A stretch of 64,000 nucleotides of DNA from Dendrobates tinctorius (Eukaryota): assembly GCF_039654945.1 (NCBI RefSeq), contig NW_027362160.1, positions 248,001 to 312,000 on the forward strand, in the 5' to 3' direction. Shown here piece by piece: positions 11,700 to 24,318 of the stretch (the first letter of the stretch is position 1; each line of letters opens with the position of its first letter). The translations under genes and the position numbers were made by a program. The notes under the pieces were generated by a model that worked only from the letters and a program-made list of their open reading frames with translations, made no database searches and was not told the DNA's origin.

Positions 11700-14600
11700 A
11701 TGGAGATAAAGCAATTGTCTGATCGTGTGGAGCAGCTCGCTGCGGAAGTGCGGGGAATTTCCGCCTACCTTGCTCATTTACATGCTGCTGAACCAAAGAG
11801 TCCTACACCTGATGTATTTTTTGGGGATCGGTCTAAATTTTTGAATTTCAAGAATAATTGTAAATTATTTTTCGCCTTGAAGCCTAACTCGTCAGGGAGC
11901 TCCGCGCAGCAGGTTAAAATTGTCATCTCTTTGCTGCGTGGCGATCCCCAGGATTGGGCGTTCTTTGAAACCAGATGATCCTATTCTGACTAATATGAAC
12001 GCATTTTTTCAGGCCTTGGGGTTGTTGCATGACGAACCTAATGCTATTGATCAGGCTGAAAAGACCCTGTTGGCATTGAGCCAGGGTCGTGATTCTGCAG
12101 AATTGTACTGTCAAAAGTTCCGAAAGTGGGCGGTCCTTACTGCCTGGAATGATAATGCCTTGGCTGCTCTCTTTCGGAAGGGGCTGTCAGAAGCCGTAAA
12201 AGATACTATGGTGGGATTTCCTGTTCCCTCTGGTCTTGACGATTCTATGTCATTAGCCATTCAGGTTGATCGGCGTTTACGCGAACGCAGAGCTGCACGA
12301 GAGGTGTTGCCACCTGTTGAACAGATGTCTGAACCTATGCAATGTGATAGAGTTTTGTCCAGAGAGCAGCGTCAGGAGTTCAGAAGGCGTAATAAGTTGT
12401 GTTTTTTCTGTGGAGATGCCTCGCATATTATTTCTGTCTGTCCTAAACGAGAGAAACGCTTTGCACACACGTTTTCTGTTGGTGGTGTTCAACCTAAGTT
12501 TCTTCTGGCTATTACGCTGATCTGCTCCCTGTCCACATTTTCCGACAAGGCTTTTGTGGATCCGGGAGCAGCTCTAAACCTAATGGACTTGGATTTTGCT
12601 AAACGTTGTGGATTTCCGATGACACCTCTGCAGACGCCTATCCCTTTGAGGGGGATTGATGCTACTCCTTTGGCTAAAAATAAACCTCAGTTTTGGACCC
12701 AGGTGGTAATGCGGGTCGCCCCAGACCATCAAGAAAATTGCAGGTTTTTGGTGTTACATAATCTGCATGATACTATTGTTCTGGGGTTTCCCTGGTTACA
12801 AATTCATAATCCAGTTTTGGATTGGAAATCTGTGTCTGTGGTGAGTTGGGGTTGTCGGTGTGCCTTTAGTGAGGCTCCGGTGTTTTCCACCTCTCCTCAG
12901 TCGCATGATGTTCCTGACTGTTTGGCGGACTTTTCTGATGTATTTAGTGAGAATGAGTCTGCGTCTTTGCCTCCTCATAGGAGTTATGACTGTGCAATTG
13001 AACTGAGCCCGGGGTGTAAATTTCCCAAGGGTCGGCTCTTCAATTTATCTGTACCCGAGCACGAGGCTATGTGGTCCTATATTAAGGAGGCGTTGGAGAA
13101 GGGTCATATTAGACCATCCTCGTCACCCTTAGGTGCCGGGTTTTTTTTTGTAGCCAAAAAGGATGGATCATTAAGACCTTGTATTGATTATCGTGCCCTC
13201 AACAAAATTACTGTTAAATATCAGTATCCGTTACCCCTGATTTCTGATCTATTCTCCAGAGTTAAAGGTGCTTGCTGGTTTACCAAGCTTGACCTCAGGG
13301 GGGCGTATAATCTTATTCGCATTAAGCATGGGGATGAATGGAAGACGGCGTTTAATACTCCGGAGGGACATTTTGAGTACCTGGTGATGCCTTTTGGGCT
13401 CACTAATGCCTCTTCTGTCTTCCAGTGCTTCATGAACGATATTTTCCGAGATTTTGTCGATAAATTTTTGATTATCTATCTGGATAATATTTTGATCTTC
13501 TCCAAGGATTGGGATTCTCATGTGGAACATGTTCGGACTGTGTTCCGGATCTTGAGGGAGAATTCCCTGTATGTCAAAGGATCTAAATGCCTTTTTGGAG
13601 TACAGAGGATTTCTTTTTTGGGATTTATTTTGTCCCCGTCAACTATTGAAATGGATCCGGCCAAGGTACAGGCCATTTATGATTGGGTTCAGCCCACTTC
13701 TTTGAAGGCCCTCCAGAAGTTTTTGGGTTTTGCTAATTTTTATCGGAAATTTATAGCAAAATTTTCTAGTATTGCCAAGCCATTGACTGATTTGACTAAG
13801 AAGGGTGCTGATGTGTTAAATTGGTCTCCAGAGGCTGTTTCTTCCTTTCAGAAGCTGAAGCGAAGATTCACCTCCGCCCCGGTTTTGCGGCAACCTGATG
13901 TCTCACTTCCGTTCCAGGTAGAGGTGGATGCTTCTGAGATTGGTGCAGGAGCTGTTTTGTCCCAAAAGGATCCTGTAACATCTAAAATGAATCCCTGTGC
14001 TTTCTTTTCCCGAAAGTTCTCTCCATCTGAACGTAACTATGATGTGGGGAATCGGGAACTGTTAGCCATGAAATGGACATTTGAGGAGTGGAGACATTGG
14101 TTGGAGGGAGCTAAACATCAAGTCGTGGTCCTCACTGACCACAAGAATTTGATTTACCTAGAGTCGGCCAAGCGCTTGAACCCTAGACAGGCTAGGTGGG
14201 CCTTGTTTTTTACAAGTTTTGATTTTGTGGTTTCTTTTCTTCCTGGAACTAAGAATGTCAAGGCTGACGCCCTCTCTAGGAGCTTCTTTGCTGATTCTCC
14301 TGTGGTGACCAAGCCTGCTACCATCTTAGGCGAAGGGGTAGTTCTTTCTGCCATCTCGCCCGATTTGAGACATGCTCTGGAAGAGTTCCAGGAGGACAAA
14401 CCTGAGCGTTGTCCCAGTGGAAAGTTGTATGTTCCTGACCAGTGGAAGAAGAGAGTGATGTCTGAAGTTCATTGCTCTGCTTTGGCTGGTCATCCAGGTA
14501 TTTTTGGTACTAGAGATCTAGTGAGTCGGTCTTTTTGGTGGCCCACCTTGTCTCGTGATGTCAGGAATTTTGTGCAGTCCTGTGGGACGTGCTCCCGGTC

Positions 14601-17600
14601 TAAATCGTGTTCTCGCTCTGGTGGGTTGTTGATGCCTTTGCCTGTCCCCAAGAGGCCATGGACCCATATTTCAATGGATTTTATCTCTGATATGCCGGTC
14701 TCTCAAAGGATGACTGTTATTTGGGTGATTTGTGATAGGTTCTCTAAGATGGTTCATCTTGTACCACTCCCTAAGTTGCCGTCTTCCTCTGAATTGGTGC
14801 CCCTGTTTTTACAACAGGTGGTTCGCTTGCACGGGATTCCTGAGAACATTGTATCTGACAGAGGAGTCCAGTTTGTGTCTAGATTTTGGAGAACTTTCTG
14901 TTCCAAGCTGGGAATTCAGTTGTCCTTCTCCTCTGCTTTTCACCCTCAGACCAATGGGCAGACAGAGAGAACAAACCAGACCTTGGAGTCATATTTGAGA
15001 TGTTTTATTTCTGCTGATCAGGATGATTGGGTTTCATTTTTGCCCTTGGCAGAATTTGCTTTAAATAATAGAGCTAGTTCTGCCACTTTGATGTCACCTT
15101 TTTTTTGGTAACTTTGGGTTTCATCCTCGATTTTCATCAGGGCAGGTGGAGCCCTCTGCCTGCCCAGGTGTTGACACTGTGGTGGAGAGAATGCACCAGA
15201 TCTGGGACCAAGTGGTGGATAAGTTGTCTCTCTCCCAGGAAAAGGCCCAGCGGTTTTCCAACCGACATAGGACCATTGGTCCCCAGTTTAAGATTGGTGA
15301 TATGGTGTGGTTATCATCAAAAAATATTGCTATGAAGGTGGCTTCTCCTAAGTTTAAGCCTAGATTTATTGGACCTTACAAGATTTTGGAGATTAGTAAT
15401 CCGGTCTCTTTTTGTTTGTCTCTTCCTGTCACATTTAAAATCCATAATGTGTTCCATAAATCTTTGTTGAAGAGGTTTGTTGAACCTGTTGTTCCGGGGG
15501 TGGCACCTCCAGACCCTGTATTGGTTGAAGGTAACATGGAATATTACGACTCTCCACTCTACTCTCAAGATCACATCTCACCACCTGTGCACTCGACCCG
15601 ATCCCATCCCACTTCATCCCAAACCTCACCACAGTCTTCATCCCAACCCTAACCCATCTCTTCAACCTATCACTAACAACTGGTGTTTTCCCCTCAAGCT
15701 TTAAACATGCCTCCATCACACCTATCCTCAAAAAGCCCTCTCTTGACCCATCCTCTGTATCTAGCTATCGCCCTATATCACTTCTCCCATACGCCTCCAA
15801 GCTACTGGAACAACACGTCTACCTTGAACTGTCCTCCCATCTCTCTTCTTGCTCCCTCTTCGACCGCTTACAATCTGGCTTCCGGTCACACCACTCCACT
15901 GAAACTGCCCTTACTAAGGTCACCAATGACCTCTTAACTGCCAAGAGCAAGCGACACTACTCTGTCCTCCTCCTCCTGGACCTGTCGGCTGCCTTTGACA
16001 CAGTGGACCATTCCCTATTATTACAGACCCTCTCATCCCTCGGCATCACAGACTTGGCCCTCTCCTGGATCTCATCATACCTAACAGACCGGACATTCAG
16101 CGTCTCCCACTCACACACCACCTCCTCACCTCGCCCCCTATCTGTCGGAGTCCCACAAGGTTCAGTCCTAGGGCCCCTGCTGTTCTCTATTTACACCTTT
16201 GGCCTGGGACAGCTCATAGAATCTCATGGCTTTCAGTATCATCTCTACGCTGATGACACACAGATCTACATCTCTGGACCAGATATCACCTCCCTACTAA
16301 CCAGAATCCCTCAATGTCTGTCCACTATTTCATCCTTCTTCTCCACTAGATATCTGAAACTCAACATGGACAAAACAGAATTCATCATCTTTCCCCCATC
16401 TCACGTGACCCCCCCTACGAACCTATCAATTACAGTAAATGACTGCCCACTCTCCCCAGTCCCACAAGCTCGCTGCCTCGGAGTAATCCTTGATGCTGAT
16501 CTCTCCTTCAAACCACATATCCAAACCCTTTCCACTTCCTGCCGACTTCAACTCAAAAATATTTCACGCATCCGTTCATTCCTCACCCAAGAATCTGCAA
16601 AAACCCTAGTCCATGCCCTCATCATCTCTCGCCTTGACTACTGCAACCTCATGCTCTGCGGCCTCCCCTCAAACACTCTCGCACCCCTCCAATCTATTCT
16701 AAACTCTGCTGCCCGACTAATCCACCTGTCCCCCCGCTATTCCCCAGCTTCTCCCCTCTGTCAATCCCTTCACTGGCTCCCAATTGCCCAGAGACTCCAT
16801 TACAAAACCCTAACCATGACATACAAAGCCATCCACAACTTGTCTCCTCCATACATCTGTGACCTCGTCTCCCGGTACTTTCCTGCACGCAACCTCCGAT
16901 CCTCACAAGATCTCCTTCTCTACTCCCCTCTTATCTCCTCTTCCCACAATCGCATACAAGATTTCTCTCGCGCATCACCCCTACTCTGGAACTCTCTACC
17001 ACAACATATCAGACTCTCACCTACCATCGAAACCTTCAAAAAGAGCCTGAAGACCCACCTCTTCCGACAAGCCTATAACCTGCAGTAACCACCGATCGAC
17101 CAAACCGCTGCACGACCAGCTCTACCCTCGCCTACTGTATTATCACCCATCCCTTGTAGATTGTGAGCCCTCGCGGGCAGGGTCCTCTCTCCTCCTGTAC
17201 CAGTTATGACTTGTATTGTTTAAGATTATTGTACTTGTTTTTATGTATACCCCCCTCACATGTAAAGCGCCATGGAATAAATGGCGCTATAACAATAAAT
17301 AATAATAATAATAATAATAATAGTAATATGAGGTAGAGAAAGTACTGGATTCCCGTCTGGCTAGACGGAGACTCCAGTATTTGGTTAAGTGGAAGGGTTA
17401 TGGTCAGGAGGATAATTCCTGGGTCTCTGCCTCTGATATTCATGCCAAAAGATTGGTGCGTGCCTTTCATCGGGCTCACCCTGATCGCCCTGGTGGCGTG
17501 GATGAGGGTTCGGTGACCCCTCCTCAAGGGGGAGGTACTGTTGTGAGTTCATTTTCCCCTTCACTACTGAGGCCTGAGGAACTCCCTCTTCTGGTGAAGA

Positions 17601-17677
17601 AAGGTAGTGAGCCTGATTGTCAAACACCTGGGGCTGATGATGATGACTGGCTGAGTGGAGTTACTGACTGGATATAA
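11700..17677 (+). pseudogene. gag-pol of Gypsy copy B (pieces 11700-11978, 11920-15111, 15146-15544, ~17325-17677)
   Basis: Protein very similar to copy A. Catalytic motifs altered (FVDPGA, YLDN). Chromodomain split by L2. Confidence 0.92.
15545..17324 (+). mobile_element. 5'-truncated L2 (CR1/L2 clade) LINE with (AAT)n tail
   Basis: RT frame open from ~15544 to 17088 ([40 protein letters not shown]). 3' UTR stem GCGCCAT...ATGGCGC, (AAT)n tail. AATAT on both sides (15540-15544, 17325-17329). Confidence 0.95.
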
Positions 17678-18336
17678 GGCTGCCGACGCCCTTCTGGCCT
17701 GCGGGTGATTTCTCTGTGGACTTCTAGGAAACCAGTCTGATTCCTGCTCATCTAAAGCTAAGATTTCTGCTTTGCCTTTTTGCATTAGTGTTTTGTTTTC
17801 CTTGCTTTTCTGGAGTCTGCCATTCCCTGCTGGGGTGAGCTGAATCTCCTTTTGCCTGTTGCTCTGTCTTCAGAATATTCCTGAGTACTGACATAGCTTT
17901 TTTGAAGCCTAGCGTCTTCAGGGCCTTTTTTACTGTCAGTTTGTTGGCTCTTATTTTCATAGGGTTTTTCACGGATTGCAGACAGCAGCCTTCCTGTCCT
18001 TTCCTGTCTAAGCTAGCGTGGGGCCCGTCTTTGCTCAGTCTATCTTTCTGTCTGTGTTTTGTTCTTTCTTCTTGCTTCACCGTCATTATATGTTGGGGGC
18101 TGCCTATTGCTTTGGGGTCTGCTCTGGGGCTGTTTAGATTTCCCTTTCTGTCTTTAGGCTATGTAGTCCTCCGGCTGTGATCGAGGGGCCTAGAGCATCG
18201 TAGGAACCCCCCACGGCTACTGCTAGTTGTGTTGATAGGTTCAGGGCTCTGCAATCCGATAGTTGCCAACTTCTCTGGTTTTCTGGACTTAGCTAGCATT
18301 TCTATTTTTGCCTCCTACGGTGACTCAATCATAACA

Positions 18337-18598
18337 CATGTCAGAGTCAGGTGTCAGCGTCAGATGTCAAAGTCAATCACATGTCAGAGTCAGATGTCAG
18401 TCACACGTCAGCGTCACACGTCAGAGTCAGATGTCAGAGTCACACGTCAGTCACACGTCACACGTCAGAGTCACACGTCAGTCACACGTCAGAGTCACAC
18501 GTCAGTCACACGTCAGATGTCAGAGGCACACGTCAGAGCCAGATGTCAGAGTCACATGTCAGAGTCAGATGTCAGAGTCACACGTCAGAGTCACACGT
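18337..18598. repeat. GTCAGA/GTCACAC simple tandem repeat, right half
   Basis: Continuation of 10255-10768. Confidence 0.93.
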
Positions 18599-18889
18599 AG
18601 TATTTAGCCTCAAACTGCCATTATTGTGATGTTTGACTCTGATATGGGATCATGTCCCATCATGGACACTGCACAGAAGATCTGTGTCCTTCAGAGCGCT
18701 CATCCATCAAGTCATCATGGCTGAGATGACGCTGAAGACCGTTACACAGAGCTCTGTATTGTGCCATGTTCACACTGCGCGGTTCATGATTCATGAAGCT
18801 TAAACGCTGCACAACATACAACGTTTGTATGGAAAGTTTCTGGTCAAAAGCTGAAAGAGACGTTTCACAGTGTGAACAGGGATAAACCT

Positions 18890-19120
18890 GCGGCATGCAC
18901 TCAGCAGCACCTGACTCCGCCCCCACATAACCCCGCCCACACACGTGACGTCGCCTCCTTTGCAGGAAGTGATTGTGGTGCTGCCGAGGGCTACAAGAAA
19001 ATGGCGGCGCCAGAGGCAGCCTGAGCCCCGTGACGTCACTACACACGCCCTCTGTGACGTCAGCGGAAGAGGAAATGATGCAGCGAATTTGAAGTCGCAC
19101 CCGGGAGAGGAGACGGCAGC
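18890..19120 (+). promoter_or_regulatory. MAD2L1BP: CpG promoter and putative non-coding exon 1 of MAD2L1BP
   Basis: GC boxes, E-box CACGTG, YY1 motif AAAATGGCGGC (~18998-19008), two CRE TGACGTCA, ETS CGGAAG, CHR TTTGAA (19088-19093). First GTGAG donor-like site at 19121. Nearest promoter upstream of the coding exons. Confidence 0.65.
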
Positions 19121-22100
19121 GTGAGCCCTGGGGACCGGGGAGCTGTGGGAGGAGGAGACGGCAGTGTGAGCCCTGGGGACCGGGGAGCTGTGGGAGGAGG
19201 AGACGGCAGCGTGAGCCCTGGGGACCGGGGAGCTGTGGGAGGAGGAGACGGCAGTGTGAGCCCTGGGGACCGGGGAGCTGTGGGAGGAGGAGACGGCAGT
19301 GTGAGCCCTGGGGACCGGGGAGCTGTGGGAGGAGGAGACGGCAGTGTGAGCCCTGGGGACCGGGGAGCTGTGGGAGGAGGAGACGGCAGTGTGAGCCCTG
19401 GGGACCGGGGAGCTGTGGGAGGAGGAGACGGCAGCGTGAGCCCTGGGGACCGGGGAGCTGTGGGAGGAGGAGACGGCAGTGTGAGCCCTGGGGACCGGGG
19501 AGCTGTGGGAGGAGGAGACGGCAGTGTGAGCCCTGGGGACCGGGGAGCTGTGGGAGGAGGAGACGGCAGCGTGAGCCCTGGGGACCGGGGAGCTGTGGGA
19601 GGAGGGGACGGCAGTGTGAGTCCTGGGGACCGGGGAGCTGTGGGAGGAGGAGACGGCAGTGTGAGTCCTGGGGACCGGGGAGCTGTGGGAGGAGGAGACG
19701 GCAGCGTGAGCCCTGGGGACCGGGGAGCTGTGGGAGGAGGAGACGGCAGTGTGAGCCCTGGGGACCGGGGAGCTGTGGGAGGAGGAGACGGCAGTGTGAG
19801 CCCTGGGGACCGGGGAGCTGTGGGAGGAGGAGACGGCAGTGTGAGCCCTGGGGACCGGGGAGCTGTGGGAGGAGGAGACGGCAGTGTGAGCCCTGGGGAC
19901 CGGGGAGCTGTGGGAGGAGGAGACGGCAGTGTGAGCCCTGGGGACCGGGGAGCTGTGGGAGGAGGAGACGGCAGTGTGAGTCCTGGGGACCGGGGAGCTG
20001 TGGGAGGAGGGGACGGCAGTGTGAGCCCTGGGGACCGGGGAGCTGTGGGAGGAGGGGACGGCAGTGTGAGTCCTGGGGACCGGGGAGCTGTGGGAGGAGG
20101 AGACGGCAGTGTGAGCCCTGGGGACCGGGGAGCTGTGGGAGGAGGAGACGGCAGCGTGAGCCCTGGGGACCGGGGAGCTGTGGGAGGAGGAGACGGCAGC
20201 GTGAGTCCTGGGGACCGGGGAGCTGTGGGAGGAGGAGACGGCAGTGTGAGTCCTGGGGACCGGGGAGCTGTGGGAGGAGGAGACGGCAGTGTGAGTCCTG
20301 GGGACCGGGGAGCTGTGGGAGGAGGAGACGGCAGTGTGAGTCCTGGGGACCGGGGAGCTGTGGGAGGAGGAGACGGCAGTGTGAGTCCTGGGGACCGGGG
20401 AGCTGTGGGAGGAGGAGACGGCAGTGTGAGTCCTGGGGACCGGGGAGCTGTGGGAGGAGGAGACGGCAGTGTGAGTCCTGGGGACCGGGGAGCTGTGGGA
20501 GGAGGAGACGGCAGTGTGAGTCCTGGGGACCGGGGAGCTGTGGGAGGAGGAGACGGCAGCGTGAGCCCTGGGGACCGGGGAGCTGTGGGAGGAGGAGACG
20601 GCAGCGTGAGTCCTGGGGACCGGGGAGCTGTGGGAGGAGGAGACGGCAGTGTGAGTCCTGGGGACCGGGGAGCTGTGGGAGGAGGGGACGGCAGTGTGAG
20701 CCCTGGGGACCGGGGAGCTGTGGGAGGAGGAGACGGCAGTGTGAGTCCTGGGGACCGGGGAGCTGTGGGAGGAGGAGACGGCAGTGTGAGTCCTGGGGAC
20801 CGGGGAGCTGTGGGAGGAGGAGACGGCAGCGTGAGTCCTGGGGACCGGGGAGCTGTGGGAGGAGGGGACGGCAGTGTGAGTCCTGGGGACCGGGGAGCTG
20901 TGGGAGGAGGGGACGGCAGCGTGAGCCCTGGGGACCGGGGAGCTGTGGGAGGAGGAGACGGCAGTGTGAGCCCTGGGGACCGGGGAGCTGTGGGAGGAGG
21001 AGACGGCAGTGTGAGCCCTGGGGACCGGGGAGCTGTGGGAGGAGGAGACGGCAGTGTGAGCCCTGGGGACCGGGGAGCTGTGGGAGGAGGGGACGGCAGT
21101 GTGAGCCCTGTGGACCGGGGAGCTGTGGGAGGAGGAGACGGCAGTGTGAGTCCTGGGGACCGGGGAGCTGTGGGAGGAGGAGACGGCAGCGTGAGCCCTG
21201 GGGACCGGGGAGCTGTGGGAGGAGGAGACGGCAGTGTGAGCCCTGGGGACCGGGGAGCTGTGGGAGGAGGAGACGGCAGTGTGAGTCCTGGGGACCGGGG
21301 AGGAGACGGCAGTGTGAGCCCTGGGGATCGGGGAGCTGTGGGAGGAGGAGACGGCAGCGTGAGCCCTGGGGACCGGGGAGCTGTGGGAGGAGGAGACGGC
21401 AGTGTGAGCCCTGGGGACCGGGGAGCTGTGGGAGGAGGAGACGGCAGCGTGAGCCCTGGGGAGCTGTGGGAGGAGGAGACGGCAGCGTGAGCCCTGGGGA
21501 GCTGTGGGAGGAGGAGACGGCAGCGTGAGCCTTGGGGACCGGGGAGCTGTGGGAGGAGGAGACGGCAGTGTGAGTCCTGGGGACCGGGGAGCTGTGGGAG
21601 GAGGAGACGGCAGTGTGAGCCCTGGGGACCGGGGAGCTGTGGGAGGAGGAGACGGCAGTGTGAGTCCTGGGGACCGGGGAGCTGTGGGAGGAGGAGACGG
21701 CAGTGTGAGCCCTGGGGACCGGGGAGCTGTGGGAGGAGGAGACGGCAGTGTGAGCCCTGGGGACCGGGGAGCTGTGGGAGGAGGAGACGGAAGTGTGAGC
21801 CCTGGGGAGCTGTGGGAGGAGGAGACGGCAGTGTGAGTCCTGGGGACCGGGGAGATGTGGGAGGAGGAGACGGCAGTGTGAGCCCTGGGGACCGGGGAGA
21901 TGTGGGAGGAGGAGACGGCAGTGTGAGTCCTGGGGACCGGGGAGATGTGGGAGGAGGAGGCGGCAGTGTGAGTCCTGGGGACCGGGGAGATGTGGGAGGA
22001 GGAGACGGCAGTGTGAGTCCTGGGGACCGGGGAGCTGTGGGAGGAGGAGACGGCAGTGTGAGTCCTGGGGACCGGGGAGCTGTGGGAGGAGGAGACGGCA

Positions 22101-24060
22101 GTGTGAGCCCTGGGGACCGGGGAGCTGTGGGAGGAGGAGACGGCAGCGTGAGCCCTGGGGACCGGGGAGCTGTGGGAGGAGGAGACGGCAGCGTGAGTCC
22201 TGGGGACCGGGGAGCTGTGGGAGGAGGAGACGGCAGTGTGAGTCCTGGGGACCGGGGAGCTGTGGGAGGAGGAGACGGCAGTGTGAGTCCTGGGGACCGG
22301 GGAGCTGTGGGAGGAGGAGACGGCAGTGTGAGTCCTGGGGACCGGGGAGCTGTGGGAGGAGGAGACGGCAGTGTGAGTCCTGGGGACCGGGGAGCTGTGG
22401 GAGGAGGAGACGGCAGTGTGAGTCCTGGGGACCGGGGAGCTGTGGGAGGAGGAGACGGCAGTGTGAGTCCTGGGGACCGGGGAGCTGTGGGAGGAGGAGA
22501 CGGCAGTGTGAGTCCTGGGGACCGGGGAGCTGTGGGAGGAGGAGACGGCAGCGTGAGCCCTGGGGACCGGGGAGCTGTGGGAGGAGGAGACGGCAGCGTG
22601 AGTCCTGGGGACCGGGGAGCTGTGGGAGGAGGAGACGGCAGTGTGAGTCCTGGGGACCGGGGAGCTGTGGGAGGAGGGGACGGCAGTGTGAGCCCTGGGG
22701 ACCGGGGAGCTGTGGGAGGAGGAGACGGCAGTGTGAGTCCTGGGGACCGGGGAGCTGTGGGAGGAGGAGACGGCAGTGTGAGTCCTGGGGACCGGGGAGC
22801 TGTGGGAGGAGGAGACGGCAGCGTGAGTCCTGGGGACCGGGGAGCTGTGGGAGGAGGGGACGGCAGTGTGAGTCCTGGGGACCGGGGAGCTGTGGGAGGA
22901 GGGGACGGCAGCGTGAGCCCTGGGGACCGGGGAGCTGTGGGAGGAGGAGACGGCAGTGTGAGCCCTGGGGACCGGGGAGCTGTGGGAGGAGGAGACGGCA
23001 GTGTGAGCCCTGGGGACCGGGGAGCTGTGGGAGGAGGAGACGGCAGTGTGAGCCCTGGGGACCGGGGAGCTGTGGGAGGAGGGGACGGCAGTGTGAGCCC
23101 TGTGGACCGGGGAGCTGTGGGAGGAGGAGACGGCAGTGTGAGTCCTGGGGACCGGGGAGCTGTGGGAGGAGGAGACGGCAGCGTGAGCCCTGGGGACCGG
23201 GGAGCTGTGGGAGGAGGAGACGGCAGTGTGAGCCCTGGGGACCGGGGAGCTGTGGGAGGAGGAGACGGCAGTGTGAGTCCTGGGGACCGGGGAGGAGACG
23301 GCAGTGTGAGCCCTGGGGATCGGGGAGCTGTGGGAGGAGGAGACGGCAGCGTGAGCCCTGGGGACCGGGGAGCTGTGGGAGGAGGAGACGGCAGTGTGAG
23401 CCCTGGGGACCGGGGAGCTGTGGGAGGAGGAGACGGCAGCGTGAGCCCTGGGGAGCTGTGGGAGGAGGAGACGGCAGCGTGAGCCCTGGGGAGCTGTGGG
23501 AGGAGGAGACGGCAGCGTGAGCCTTGGGGACCGGGGAGCTGTGGGAGGAGGAGACGGCAGTGTGAGTCCTGGGGACCGGGGAGCTGTGGGAGGAGGAGAC
23601 GGCAGTGTGAGCCCTGGGGACCGGGGAGCTGTGGGAGGAGGAGACGGCAGTGTGAGTCCTGGGGACCGGGGAGCTGTGGGAGGAGGAGACGGCAGTGTGA
23701 GCCCTGGGGACCGGGGAGCTGTGGGAGGAGGAGACGGCAGTGTGAGCCCTGGGGACCGGGGAGCTGTGGGAGGAGGAGACGGAAGTGTGAGCCCTGGGGA
23801 GCTGTGGGAGGAGGAGACGGCAGTGTGAGTCCTGGGGACCGGGGAGATGTGGGAGGAGGAGACGGCAGTGTGAGCCCTGGGGACCGGGGAGATGTGGGAG
23901 GAGGAGACGGCAGTGTGAGTCCTGGGGACCGGGGAGATGTGGGAGGAGGAGGCGGCAGTGTGAGTCCTGGGGACCGGGGAGATGTGGGAGGAGGAGACGG
24001 CAGTGTGAGTCCTGGGGACCGGGGAGCTGTGGGAGGAGGAGACGGCAGTGTGAGTCCTGG
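19106..24060. repeat. 45-bp G-rich minisatellite (GTGAGYCCTGGGGACCGGGGAGCTGTGGGAGGAGGAGACGGCAGY), ~110 copies, with an internal 1992-bp duplication
   Basis: 45-bp period. Rare deletion variants recur at a 1992-bp offset (e.g. ORF ends 21490/23482, starts 21504/23496 and 21812/23804). Confidence 0.98.
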
Positions 24061-24318
24061 GCACAGAGGAGCTGTGGAAGGAGGCGGCGGTAGCAGTGGG
24101 AACCCTCGTCGCCGGGTAGCTGCGGCCGGTTGGGGTCGTGCTGCTGGTCCGAGGGGAGGAAAGGACGGAGCTGTGACTGCACGGCGCACACGGGACTCGG
24201 CGGCCTATGGCCTCAGTGTGTAACTCCCGACAGCTCTGTATCCAGACAGCGAGGGGTCCTGTGCACCCGGCAGTCTCCAGCTTGTGTCGCTGTGCTCCGT
24301 CCTGTGTATGTGTATATA

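Larger units (their letters stand above)
10769..18336 (+). mobile_element. Full-length Gypsy LTR retrotransposon, Tf1/sushi-like chromovirus (copy B), inactivated by frameshifts and an L2 insertion
   Basis: 798-bp TG...CA LTRs at 10769-11566 and 17539-18336 with ~16 differences by eye. PPT AAGGGGGAGG at 17526-17535. CATGTC on both flanks. gag ATG at 11700; frameshifts at ~11965 and ~15105. Confidence 0.97.
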
